Source: Deltaproteobacteria bacterium
GTDB taxonomy: Bacteria > Myxococcota > Kuafuiibacteriia > Kuafuiibacteriales > Kuafuiibacteriaceae
Reading direction: 5' to 3'
Assembly: GCA_040218735.1 (NCBI GenBank)
Contig: JAVJQW010000011.1
Coordinates: 64,001 to 128,000 of the forward strand
Length of the DNA stretch: 64,000 nucleotides
Position numbers and translations under genes: made by a program. Position 1 is the first letter of the stretch. Every line of letters begins with the position of its first letter. Positions 1 to 9,585 of this stretch are shown one piece after another. The notes beneath the pieces are model-generated. The model made no database searches. It had not been told where the DNA came from and saw nothing but the letters and a program-made list of their open reading frames with translations.

Positions 1-171
1 TTGTTGCTGTCCGACCCCCAGCTCGCTCGCGTCACGGGCGCGTCCAACGCCGAGATCCGCTTCGCGCTGCAGCCCGCCGGCGGTCTCGGCCGCGGGGAGG
101 ACGCGCCGACGGTGCTGGTCGAGCGCTTCGAGGTCGTGGTGCAGTATCGACTACCGACGGAGAATCGATGA
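1..171 (+). CDS. 3' end of a gene truncated by the window edge; likely paralog of the downstream kelch-like lipoprotein
   Basis: Frame +1 is open from base 1 (LLLSDPQLARVTGASNAEIRFALQPAGGLGRGEDAPTVLVERFEVVVQYRLPTENR*). Its TGA overlaps the next ATG (ATGA), and it resembles the C-terminus of 168..4046 (...GLGAGPAGPRVNADHLTLVVTYRLP). Confidence 0.7.
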   Translation: MLLSDPQLARVTGASNAEIRFALQPAGGLGRGEDAPTVLVERFEVVVQYRLPTENR

Positions 172-3100
172 GCCGACGCTTCACCACCATCGGCCTGCTG
201 TGCTTCGCGCTCGCCGCCTGTCGCTCCGAGGGGCGGGTCGCGCTGCGCTTCTCGATCGAGAACCTCCCGACGGATCTCACCGGGCTCTTCCTCCACGTCC
301 AGGTCGTCGACGCCGACGACGACGTCCTCAGCGGCAGCATCGTCCCCGCCGCGCGCGACGCACAGCTCGCGCTGTCGGTGCCGCACGGCGACGACCGCTC
401 CGCCGTGGTCGAGCTTCGTGACAGCGCATCACCCGCGACCTCCAACGTGATCGCGTACGGCGTATCGAACCCGTTCTCGCTACACCCGGGCGACGACACG
501 GTCGTGGAAGCGGTCGTCGTCATGCGACCGGTCCCCGCGATCGTGGACCTCGACGTGCCCGACGTCGTCCGCGACCCCAACGTCGTCGTCTCGGTCACGG
601 CCGACCGTGAAGACATCGCCCAGATCGTCCTCGCGCAGGACCCGAGCATGACGTTCGGTCGCCAGGTCTTCGACGCCGCGAGTGGTCTCTCGGTGGTCTA
701 CGACATCGACGCCCCGTGCCGCGACGGCGGCGGCTGCGCCGACGGACGACGCAACGTCTTCGCGCGGCTCGTCGACGACGCCGGCTACAGCTCCACCGCG
801 ACCTCCACGCCGCTCGTCGTCGACACGAAGTCACCGGGGGTGTTGCCGGGATCCGGCACCGTGCAGTTCGTCGAACCGGCCGAGCTGCTCACGCCCACCT
901 CGGCGAGCACCGGCATCACCGTCCGCCTGACGTTTGTCTTCGACGAGCCGGTCACCAGCACGCCGACGGTTACGCTCGCCGACTCGGGCCTGACGTTCGA
1001 CCTCGTGCGCATCGAGCTCGGCGCGTACGTCTTCGAGCGCGTCGTCACTTCGCTGGACCCCGAGGGCGTGCAGCGACCGCTCGTCCAGGCGCGCGACCGC
1101 GCGGGCAACGAAGCCCCCGCGCCCGCCCCCGACCTCGAGTACCTCGTCGACCACGTCCCGCCCGCGGCGCCCGCCGTGGACGCCGAAGAAACGATCGTCT
1201 ACCGCCGCAGCCCCTACCGCGAAGCCACCGAGGGCGGCCCTTCGTTCACCGTCGTCGGCGCGGCCGGCGCGATCGAGGGTGGCGCCCGCGTCGTCGTATA
1301 CGACCGCGCGGAGGCGTTCGTGGACGGGGTCGAGGTCGCCAACCGCGCGGGCGCCGCCGACGCCGCCGCCGACGGCAGCTTCGTGGTGCAGCTCGCACCG
1401 GTCGATCTCCCGGAGGTCTACGTGCTGGTGCTCGACCGCGCCGGCAACCCGCACGGCGCCGAGGCCACGCGTGTCCGCGACATCGTGTGGACGCTGCCGG
1501 CGGGGGTGTCGGGCGGGACACCACCGCCGGTCGACGTCTTCACGGTCGACCGCCTCCCCACCACCGCGCGCTTCGACGGCGCGGGGGTGGTCGACGTCGA
1601 CGACCTCGCTCCGCTCGCGCGCGCGGACGGCGCAGGCATCGAGTCCCGCTACGACCTGCGTTGGACGGAGTGGCTCCCCGCGACCACCGCGATGCCCGAG
1701 GACATTCGCTTCGCCGCGACCGCCGAGGATCCGGAGCGCGGCCGACTCGTCGTCTTCGGCGGACGCACCGCCAACGACCTGGTCCGGACCACGACGTGGG
1801 AGTGGGACGGCCAGCGCTGGCGGAGCTTCTCGCCGACGGGCGCCGAGCCGGTCTGCGACGACGGCTCGGTCGACGGCAGTGATCCCTTCGGCGCGATGAC
1901 CTACCACGGCGCGCTCGGACTCACCCTGGCCGTGTGCCGCCACCTCGATCCGCTGCAGGCCCCGCCGCTCCCGATGGGCGGCGTCGACGTGATGGAGGCG
2001 TTCGGTTGGGACGGCGCGCGGTGGCGAAGTGTGCCGATCGAAGGGGGCACCGAACCCGTCGGGCGCACCGGCGCCGCCGTCGCCTACGATCGCGCGCGCG
2101 GGCGCACCGTGATGTTCGGCGGCAACACGTCGTCGCTGCTCCTCCCCGGCGCGGGCGCCGCGGCGCTCGGAGACACCTGGGAGCTGGAGGCCATCCCCAC
2201 CGAGCGCGTCGGCGTGCAAGCTAGCTTGCGTTGGACCGAACACGCCGCCGCGGGCCCGCCGGCGCGCGACCGCCACGCGATGGTCTACGCGCCGAGCCTC
2301 GGCGGCGTCGTCCTGTTCGGCGGCTTCTCCGCAGCGCCGGATCGCCACCCGCTCGACGACCTGTGGATCTGGGACGGGGCGACGTGGACGGAGGTCGAAA
2401 AGAGCGGCGCGTGGCCACCCGCGCGCGCACTGCACACCCTCGTCTACGATCCGCGGAGCGGCAACGTCGGCGTGCTCGGCGGCGTCGACGCGGAGCCGGC
2501 GTCCACGAGCGTCGACCTCGTCGGCGAGGGCCTCGCCGACGCGTGGTGGTTCGACGGGACGACGTGGACCGAGACGCCGACGACCGCCGACGCCCCGCGT
2601 GGACCGGGCATCGCAGCCGGTTCCCTCGAACACAGAGGCGACGTCTTCGCGCTGACGGGCGTCGTCCCCGAGGCGGAGCCGCGCGCTTCGCAGACGTTCG
2701 TCGTGGATGCCGCGCGCTGGTCCGACCGCACGCCGTCGGGCGCGATACCGCCGCAGACCGGGCGGCAGTCGCTGCTCTACGACTCGGGCCGCGACCTCTT
2801 CTGGCTGCTGACATCGAGCGGATCGTATCCGGACTTCATCGGGGAGTTGTGGTTCTGGTCGGACGCCGGCTGGCGATTTGTCTCCGACGAGCTGCCATTC
2901 AGAGAGACGAGGTCCGCCGTGTTCGACGACCGCCTCGGCCAGGCGCTGCTGCTCGGAACCGTCGACTTGCTCCCGAGCGAGTTGGAGTTCTCGCACCGGG
3001 TCTTCGTTGGCGACGGCGCGGATTGGCTCCAGGCTTCGACCGTCGTCGACGGCCAACCGCTTGGCTTCTTCAACGGCGCCGGGTTCATCTACGCGGTGTT

Positions 3101-4046
3101 CCAGCTCTTCCTCTACGATCGCGCGCTCGACCGCCCCGTCGTCCTCGCGCTCGGCGGATTCGATCCCGTGCAGGCGACGTTCACGGGATTCGAGCTCTTC
3201 GACTGGACGAACCCGACCTGGCGATCGCTCGGCCTGCACCCGGCCTTCACCGAGAGACCGTCCATCCACATCGCCTACGACGACCGGAGCGGCCGGTACC
3301 TCGCGCAGACCTCGGACCTCGCCGGCCGCGCCACGTACGCATACGACGGCCAGAGCTGGTCCTCGATCGGCGGCACCGAGGGCGACTGGAACTCCGTCCG
3401 CGGGATGGTTTCGGACGTCGCGCGTCGACGCGTCCTCACCGTCGGCAGCTCGGCCGGGCGCGCGCGCACGTGGGCGTGGGACGGCGCCGGATACCGCGCC
3501 GTGACGACGGTCGGCTCCGCACCCGCGAGGACCATCGGTCGCGGCATCGCGTACGATGGTCGGCGCCACCGCGTCCTGGTCCTGGAGTCACGCGAAGCGG
3601 GCATCCCGTTCGACGCACCCGCGGGCGCGGTCTACGCGCTCGACGCCGAGCCCAACTCCACGCCCGCGCTCGCGTTCCGCGCGCGCCTCGCCGCGGGGGG
3701 CGTCGCGCCGGGGCTCGTCCGCTCCGTGGGGATCGAAGCGGACGCCGGCGGCACCGGCTACACCGCGACGGCCACCGTGAGCACCGGCGGGGTCGTCCTC
3801 GCGGCGTACGATCGAAGCGCGGCCGCGTGGGTCCCGCTCGCCGCCAGCACGGCCGACGCCAGCACCCCCGCGCGCCTCGGCCACGCGCTCACCCCGAGTG
3901 AGCTCTCGCGTGTGTTGCGCGCCGACGACGCGGAGCTGCTCGTCGCGCTCCGCACCTCCGAAGGGCTCGGCGCAGGGCCGGCGGGTCCGCGCGTGAACGC
4001 GGACCACCTGACCCTCGTCGTGACCTATCGTCTCCCCGATCAGTAG
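168..4046 (+). CDS. Large lipoprotein with Ig-like N-terminal domains and kelch/beta-propeller repeats
   Basis: Lipobox ALAAC; VDTxxP and ARDRAGN Ig-like motifs; repeated YD...VxFGG...TWEWDGxxW units. Confidence 0.75.
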   Translation: MSRRFTTIGLLCFALAACRSEGRVALRFSIENLPTDLTGLFLHVQVVDADDDVLSGSIVPAARDAQLALSVPHGDDRSAVVELRDSASPATSNVIAYGVSNPFSLHPGDDTVVEAVVVMRPVPAIVDLDVPDVVRDPNVVVSVTADREDIAQIVLAQDPSMTFGRQVFDAASGLSVVYDIDAPCRDGGGCADGRRNVFARLVDDAGYSSTATSTPLVVDTKSPGVLPGSGTVQFVEPAELLTPTSASTGITVRLTFVFDEPVTSTPTVTLADSGLTFDLVRIELGAYVFERVVTSLDPEGVQRPLVQARDRAGNEAPAPAPDLEYLVDHVPPAAPAVDAEETIVYRRSPYREATEGGPSFTVVGAAGAIEGGARVVVYDRAEAFVDGVEVANRAGAADAAADGSFVVQLAPVDLPEVYVLVLDRAGNPHGAEATRVRDIVWTLPAGVSGGTPPPVDVFTVDRLPTTARFDGAGVVDVDDLAPLARADGAGIESRYDLRWTEWLPATTAMPEDIRFAATAEDPERGRLVVFGGRTANDLVRTTTWEWDGQRWRSFSPTGAEPVCDDGSVDGSDPFGAMTYHGALGLTLAVCRHLDPLQAPPLPMGGVDVMEAFGWDGARWRSVPIEGGTEPVGRTGAAVAYDRARGRTVMFGGNTSSLLLPGAGAAALGDTWELEAIPTERVGVQASLRWTEHAAAGPPARDRHAMVYAPSLGGVVLFGGFSAAPDRHPLDDLWIWDGATWTEVEKSGAWPPARALHTLVYDPRSGNVGVLGGVDAEPASTSVDLVGEGLADAWWFDGTTWTETPTTADAPRGPGIAAGSLEHRGDVFALTGVVPEAEPRASQTFVVDAARWSDRTPSGAIPPQTGRQSLLYDSGRDLFWLLTSSGSYPDFIGELWFWSDAGWRFVSDELPFRETRSAVFDDRLGQALLLGTVDLLPSELEFSHRVFVGDGADWLQASTVVDGQPLGFFNGAGFIYAVFQLFLYDRALDRPVVLALGGFDPVQATFTGFELFDWTNPTWRSLGLHPAFTERPSIHIAYDDRSGRYLAQTSDLAGRATYAYDGQSWSSIGGTEGDWNSVRGMVSDVARRRVLTVGSSAGRARTWAWDGAGYRAVTTVGSAPARTIGRGIAYDGRRHRVLVLESREAGIPFDAPAGAVYALDAEPNSTPALAFRARLAAGGVAPGLVRSVGIEADAGGTGYTATATVSTGGVVLAAYDRSAAAWVPLAASTADASTPARLGHALTPSELSRVLRADDAELLVALRTSEGLGAGPAGPRVNADHLTLVVTYRLPDQ

Positions 4047-5473
4047 GCGACGACGGCTGCGGACGCGCCGACCGACGACGTGAACACCGCGACGACCGCG
4101 TTCAGATCCACGATCTCGTGCGCACCGTTGCCGCTCTGGACGTCGGTCGTGGTCGCGGTCGTGACGTACTGAATCCCGCCGGTCGTCGTGCTCGTCGGCG
4201 CATAGTCGAGGACGCCGAGGGCGCCGTCCGAGATGCCGTTCATGTTCAGGCGGCGCACGACGACGTAGCCCGAACCATCGGTCGAGGCCGCGACGCCAAA
4301 CCCGAAGGGATGCGGCGCGCTATGACCGGCAGGGACGATCAGCGGCTCCGCAGTGCCCGCCTGCACGTCGATGCGCGCGGTGCACGTCGAGTTTCCGAAA
4401 GTCGACGCACACGAGTAGTACGCGGTGGACGGCGGGCTGAACGCGATATCACCGCCCAGCGACAGCCCCGAGATCATGTGCTCGAGCGCAAACGTCTGCC
4501 CGAGGTCGGTGCTCCGGTGGATCTCGAAGCGCAGCGGCGCGTCGATGAAGGCGATCAGGTCCCCGGTCGCCGGGTCGACGTGGATCGCGCCGCCCGCGGC
4601 GGTCGCGCTGGTGATCGACGCGAGCTCGAACGTCGTCTCTCCGAAGTCGGAGTTGCGCCAGACGCGGACCTCGGAACCCGCGCTGTCCTTCACCGCCAGG
4701 AAGACGTGGTTGCGCCACGACGCGATGTGCGGGCCGTAGTCGAGCAAGCCGCTCGCCACGGGGCCGGCGTCGACCACCCGGGGCGCCGACCACGTCGCGC
4801 CGCCGTCCGTCGACTTCGCGAACACCAGCGCGCCGCCCGTCGTGTTCGCCGCGGCGTACAGGACGTCGGGGGCGTGGGCGTGGATCGCGAAGCGCTCCAC
4901 GGTGGGGATCGCGATCGGCGTCGGGTCCGCGTAGCTCACGCCGAGGTCGGCGCTCCGCGCGACGTACGGCGCGCCGGCGCAGTCCATCGCGACGAAGATA
5001 CGGCCCGAGGGGTCGACCGTGACCTTGTCGATCTGCGCGGAGGGAATCGTACACCCCGGGCCGACGACCTGCTCGGGCACCGTAGCTGCGAGCGTCGGCG
5101 CCGGCGGTCCACACACACCCGAGAGGCAGACGTCTCCGCCCGCGCAAGCTGCGTTGCAAGCACCGCAGTGCCCATCGTCGGCGAACAGGTCGGCGCATAC
5201 GCCGTCGCAGTTCGTGAGCGGGTCCATACACATGCCGGCGTCACGCGGACCACCGTCGCGCGCGCCGCCGTCGCGCGGCGTCCCCGAGTCTGGCGTACCG
5301 CCGTCGGGTACGTCGACGCCGCCGTCGCGGAACCCGGCGTCCCGTACGACTTCGGTTCCGCTGTCGCGGGTCCCGCCGTCGCGCGGGTCGATCATCTCGT
5401 CGTCGTCATCACCGCCGCTGCAGCTCGCGAGCACCAGCGCAAACGTCAAACCCACTAGGCGTCGCACCATCAT
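4040..5473 (-). CDS. Lipoprotein with RDGG linker, myxobacterial Cys-rich module and BNR/Asp-box (sialidase-like) propeller
   Basis: Lipobox VLASC; repeated RDGG/PDGG; CxDLxxDxxHCGACxxxC motif; Asp-boxes SADLGVSY, STDGGATW, STDLGQTF. Start could be 5506. Confidence 0.7.
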   Translation of the reverse strand: MMVRRLVGLTFALVLASCSGGDDDDEMIDPRDGGTRDSGTEVVRDAGFRDGGVDVPDGGTPDSGTPRDGGARDGGPRDAGMCMDPLTNCDGVCADLFADDGHCGACNAACAGGDVCLSGVCGPPAPTLAATVPEQVVGPGCTIPSAQIDKVTVDPSGRIFVAMDCAGAPYVARSADLGVSYADPTPIAIPTVERFAIHAHAPDVLYAAANTTGGALVFAKSTDGGATWSAPRVVDAGPVASGLLDYGPHIASWRNHVFLAVKDSAGSEVRVWRNSDFGETTFELASITSATAAGGAIHVDPATGDLIAFIDAPLRFEIHRSTDLGQTFALEHMISGLSLGGDIAFSPPSTAYYSCASTFGNSTCTARIDVQAGTAEPLIVPAGHSAPHPFGFGVAASTDGSGYVVVRRLNMNGISDGALGVLDYAPTSTTTGGIQYVTTATTTDVQSGNGAHEIVDLNAVVAVFTSSVGASAAVVAY

Positions 5474-5725
5474 GAAGCGTCGAGGATACACAGATCTGGT
5501 TTTCATGGGCTCCCCTTCCGCAAGCCGCGTGCCGATTGCGGCGCGTCGCGAGTCGCCATCGTGTCACGACGGATCGCCACGTCACCGTGCCATGGTTCGA
5601 GACCCCACCGCGCGACCATCGCAGCCTGAGATTCACCCCGAGACGGATCGCGTCGGGTCGCGCGGCACGGGGCCGACATGAATTCGCACTACGCATCCCT
5701 AGCGTAAACGTCGAGGCTCCGGCTC

Positions 5726-5777
5726 GCGTCACCCCCCTCGCGCCTGACACACGTCGACGCACGACCGGCTGTGACAC
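5726..5777. promoter_or_regulatory. Putative activator-binding site: GCGTCAC-N11-CTGACAC plus an extra GTGACAC half-site
   Basis: Imperfect inverted repeat at 5726-5750 and half-site at 5771-5777; the same motif and spacing occur at 14786-14810. Confidence 0.5.
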
Positions 5778-5804
5778 GACGAGGGCCGTGCAACCTAACC
5801 GCCT

Positions 5805-5820
5805 TGGCACGACCGCTGCT
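5805..5820 (+). promoter_or_regulatory. Putative sigma54 (-24/-12) promoter of the export operon
   Basis: TGGCACGACCGCTGCT versus consensus TGGCACG-N4-TTGCW, with exact GG-N10-GC spacing; ends 17 nt before the ATG at 5838. Confidence 0.65.
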
Positions 5821-5837
5821 ATCGTCCCCCGTCGACC

Positions 5838-6794
5838 ATGCAGATCGTCGAGCTCCTCCTCGCTTACGCCGGACCCACGATCGTCGGCCTCGTCTTCGTC
5901 GTGACCGGCTTCCTCAAGCTCGCCGAGCCGATGCCGTTCGGGATGCACCTGCAGAAGCTCGAGCTCGTGCCGCCGAAGTACTTCGCGCGCGTCCTGACGT
6001 TCGCGATCGTCCAGGAGCTCGTGCTCGGCGTCGCGCTCCTCATCGGTTGCGCACCGATGCTCGTCATCCCCCTCGCCATCCTCACCATCGCGACCTTCAC
6101 GATCATCACCCTGCGCGCCGGCGCCGCCGGTCGCATCACCGACTGCGGCTGTTACCAAGGGCTGATCGAGCTGACCCCGAAGCAGAGCGCGCTCGTCAAC
6201 CTCGGCTACATGCTCGCCCTCGCCGCGGCCCTCCCCTTCCGCCTGCACCTCGGCCACTGGGTCACCGGCCTGATCGTCGCCGCCGCCGCCATCGCAGCAA
6301 CGCTCCTCGCGCGCGAGTCGCTGAAGCGCAGCGCACAGATGCGCGACCCCCTCATCGATCTCAACGGCGTCAAGGCCGGCAAACGCTTCGATCCTCGCTG
6401 GACCCCCGGCTGCCCCGTCGACCTCGGCGAAGGCGAACGCCTCGTCGTCTTCCTCGGCCTCGGCTGCTCCGCCTGCAAGCCATGGCTCCCCGTCCTGCGC
6501 GCGCTGAACGCGTCGAACCAGGGGATGCCGGTCATCGGCGTGCTCGCCGGCGACGCTTCGGCGGTCATCGCGTTCGTCGCCGAATACCAAGTGGACCTCC
6601 CGCTCGTCGTCATCCCGCACGGACGATTCAACCGCCTCGTCCGCGGCACGCCGATCGCGGCGCACCTCGTCGATGGACGCATCGAACACCGCTACGTCGG
6701 GGTCCTCCCTCGCGACGTCGCGCTGCGCGCGCGCAATCGTCCAAAGCCGAGCGTCTCAGTGGAATCCACTGAAGCGATCGGGGTCGCCGGATGA
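5838..6794 (+). CDS. MauE/DoxX-family membrane protein fused to a thioredoxin-like (MauD-like) domain
   Basis: About five hydrophobic helices with GxxK and DCGCY (MauE CGC motif); C-terminal GCSAC CxxC and RGTP cis-Pro loop. Confidence 0.8.
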   Translation: MQIVELLLAYAGPTIVGLVFVVTGFLKLAEPMPFGMHLQKLELVPPKYFARVLTFAIVQELVLGVALLIGCAPMLVIPLAILTIATFTIITLRAGAAGRITDCGCYQGLIELTPKQSALVNLGYMLALAAALPFRLHLGHWVTGLIVAAAAIAATLLARESLKRSAQMRDPLIDLNGVKAGKRFDPRWTPGCPVDLGEGERLVVFLGLGCSACKPWLPVLRALNASNQGMPVIGVLAGDASAVIAFVAEYQVDLPLVVIPHGRFNRLVRGTPIAAHLVDGRIEHRYVGVLPRDVALRARNRPKPSVSVESTEAIGVAG

Positions 6795-8323
6795 GGAACC
6801 GCTCCTTCGTCATCACGCTGGCGCTCCTGGCGCCGGCGAGCGCGAGCGCCGAGGGGACACTCCGCCTCGACGACGCGGTGCGCTCCGCGCTCACGGAGCA
6901 CCCCGATCTCCTCGCCGCGCAGCAGCGGGTCGAGGCGGCGCGGGGGCAGCTCTCCTCGGTGCGCGGCACCTTCGACGAATACCTGGACGCCAGTGTGGAC
7001 TACCAACGAACCGAGGAAGCGATCACGCAGGAGCAGCGTCCCTTCGTCGGCGCGGACAGCCTCACGTCCGACGTCTTCACCGCCCGCCTCGGGCTCTCGA
7101 AGACCTTCCGCTGGGGGATGCGCGTCAACCCGTCCGTCGCCGTAACGCGAAGCGAGCGCGACGTCGGTGCCAACGCCCCCGAGACCGACGCTCTCAACCG
7201 TGCGCAAGCTCGATTGCAGGTCACGCAACCCATCTTGCGCAACGTCGGCGCCTCGTCCGCCGTGCTCCAAGAGCGCACGTCCGAGATCGCGTTCGAGGCC
7301 GCCGAACGCGACCTCGAAGGCACCGCCCAACGGCTCACGCGCGACGTCGTGAATGCGTATTGGACCTACGCCGCATCCGTCCGCCGCCTGGCGCTCCTCG
7401 AGATCTCCGAAGCGCTCGCCAAGAAGACCGCCGAGGACACCCGCGCGCTGATCGCCGCCGACGAACGCCCCGCCGCGGACGCCCTCCAGCTCGAAGCCAC
7501 CGAAGCCGACCGGCGACGGCAACGCCTCCAGGCCGAGTCCTCGGTGTTCGCGGATCGCCGCCGCCTCGGCCTCGCGATGGGGCTCGACGACGCCCGCGCG
7601 ATGGCGCTCCCGCCCCCCGCGCGCTCGCTGCCGACCGCGCCCCTGCTGGCGGCGATCGCGCCGACGGAGCCCGAGCTCGCCGCCGCGGTCGAACGACGCC
7701 CGGACGTCATCGCGGCGCGGCTCCGACTCGCCGCCAACGGCCTCTCCGTCGACGCGGCCGACTGGAACACCCTCCCGGAGCTCGACGCGAGCTTCGGCGT
7801 CGGTTACAGCGGCCGCCTCGACCGCGACGCGCCGTCCGGGCTCTTCGGCGCGCTCACCGCGAACGTGGGTCCGTCCGTCGGCGGGGGCCTCACGCTGCGC
7901 CTCCCGGTGCGCAACGCCCAGCAACGCGGCGCCCTCCTCAACCAGCTCGCAGCGCGCCGGCAAGCCGAGTTGCAGCTCTTCGATCTCGAACGCAACGTCC
8001 GCGCGAACCTCGCGATCGCACACAACCAACTCCTGCGCGCGGCCGAAGCGGTGACCGCCGCGCAGCGCGCGCTCGAGCTCTTCGAGGGGGCGCTCGACGC
8101 CGAGACCGAAAAACTCGCGGCGCAGCTCGGGACCGTGCTCGACGTGGTGCTCTCGCAGGAGCGCCTGCTCAACGCGCAGATCTCTTCGGTCGACGCCCGC
8201 GCGCAGAACGCACGCGCGCACGTCGATCTCGAGTACCAACGCGGCGTCCTCCCCAACGGCGCCGAAGACCAAGACGCCCTCGCGCGGCTCCTCGCCGCGT
8301 TCGCCGAGGAGGCCACCCCATGA
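6791..8323 (+). CDS. TolC-family outer membrane efflux protein
   Basis: Signal peptide; LRLDDAVRSALxxHPDL start; two OEP-like repeats (RRPDV, LPELD, GTVLDV); ATGA overlaps on both sides. Confidence 0.9.
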   Translation: MRNRSFVITLALLAPASASAEGTLRLDDAVRSALTEHPDLLAAQQRVEAARGQLSSVRGTFDEYLDASVDYQRTEEAITQEQRPFVGADSLTSDVFTARLGLSKTFRWGMRVNPSVAVTRSERDVGANAPETDALNRAQARLQVTQPILRNVGASSAVLQERTSEIAFEAAERDLEGTAQRLTRDVVNAYWTYAASVRRLALLEISEALAKKTAEDTRALIAADERPAADALQLEATEADRRRQRLQAESSVFADRRRLGLAMGLDDARAMALPPPARSLPTAPLLAAIAPTEPELAAAVERRPDVIAARLRLAANGLSVDAADWNTLPELDASFGVGYSGRLDRDAPSGLFGALTANVGPSVGGGLTLRLPVRNAQQRGALLNQLAARRQAELQLFDLERNVRANLAIAHNQLLRAAEAVTAAQRALELFEGALDAETEKLAAQLGTVLDVVLSQERLLNAQISSVDARAQNARAHVDLEYQRGVLPNGAEDQDALARLLAAFAEEATP

Positions 8324-9585
8324 GCTCACCGTTCCGTGAAGCCGCGCTCGAACGCCTGTCGTCGCCGGAGCAGCTCGACAGCCTGATGCAGGTCACCACC
8401 GCCAAGGGTTGGATCGCGCTCCTGACCTCCGGCGTCCTGGTCGCCGGCTTGACGGTGTGGAGCGTCGTCGGGCGCCTCCCGACCAACATCACCGGCTCGG
8501 GGGTGCTCCTCTACCGCGGCGGCGTGACCGAAGTGACCGCGCTCGGCTCGGGGCAGGTCACGGCGCTGCACGTCGCCGAGAACGACGTCGTGAAGGTGGG
8601 TCAGACGATCGCCGAGGTCGCGCAGCCGGATCTCGTCGACCAGATCACCGACGCCGAGGCTGCCGTCGAGCAGGCCCGCGCGGACCTCGAGACGCTGCAG
8701 CGCTTCGGCACCGAGGACCAGCGGCTGCAGGCCGTCAGCCTCCGCGCGAACGAGCGCGACAAAGCCGCCGCCTTGACCTCCGCGCGCGACAAACTCGCCT
8801 ACCTCGAAGAGCGCCACGCTGCGCAGCTCAAGCTCCACGACCGGGGCCTCATCACCGGCTCCACGTTGCAGCAGACGAAACAATCGATCGACGGCGCCCA
8901 GGCCGAGATCGCGCAGCTCACCCAGAGCGTCCGCGAGCTCCGCCTGTCGACGCTGCGCAACGAGAAGCAGTCCGAGTCGGAGCTGAGGAACGCCGAGGTG
9001 CGCCTCGCGGAGGCCGAGCGAAGGGTCGAGACGCTGAAGGAGCGCCTCGCGACCAGCTCGAAGGTCGCCAGCCCCTACGCGGGCCGCGTCGTCGAGGTCC
9101 GCGCGCGGCGCGGCGCGCAGGTCAACACCGGGGGCCCGGTCATCGCGCTGGAGCTCACGAGCCCCGACGACGTCGAAGAACTGGAAGCCGTCGTGTACCT
9201 CCCCCTCGCGGAGGGCAAGCGCGTGCAACCTGGCATGCGCGTCCGAGTCTCGCCTGCGACGGTGAAGGAGGAAGAGTTCGGGATGATCCACGGCGAGGTC
9301 CGCGCCGTGGACGGGTTCGTCTCCAGCCGTCAGGGCATGGCGCGCCTTCTCGAGAACGAGGACCTCGTCTCCAGCCTGATGCAGAGCGCGGGGGGAACGG
9401 CGCTCGGCGTGCGCGTGACCCTCGACCGTGACGAAGCCGCGAAGAGCGGCTTTTCGTGGACCTCGGGCGAAGGCCCCCCGCTACAGGTCGAGAGCGGCAC
9501 GCCCTGCTCCGCCACGATCACCCTCGAGACCGAGCGCCCGATCGCCCAGCTACTGCCGTCCGTCGCGAGGTGGTTGGGGCCGTGA
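8320..9585 (+). CDS. NHLP bacteriocin-system secretion protein (HlyD-like membrane fusion protein)
   Basis: N-terminus FREAALERLSSPEQLD, one TM helix, coiled coil, SPYAGRV and C-terminal SGFSWTSGEGP...RPI. Real start is ATG 8320, not 6673. Confidence 0.9.
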   Translation: MSSPFREAALERLSSPEQLDSLMQVTTAKGWIALLTSGVLVAGLTVWSVVGRLPTNITGSGVLLYRGGVTEVTALGSGQVTALHVAENDVVKVGQTIAEVAQPDLVDQITDAEAAVEQARADLETLQRFGTEDQRLQAVSLRANERDKAAALTSARDKLAYLEERHAAQLKLHDRGLITGSTLQQTKQSIDGAQAEIAQLTQSVRELRLSTLRNEKQSESELRNAEVRLAEAERRVETLKERLATSSKVASPYAGRVVEVRARRGAQVNTGGPVIALELTSPDDVEELEAVVYLPLAEGKRVQPGMRVRVSPATVKEEEFGMIHGEVRAVDGFVSSRQGMARLLENEDLVSSLMQSAGGTALGVRVTLDRDEAAKSGFSWTSGEGPPLQVESGTPCSATITLETERPIAQLLPSVARWLGP

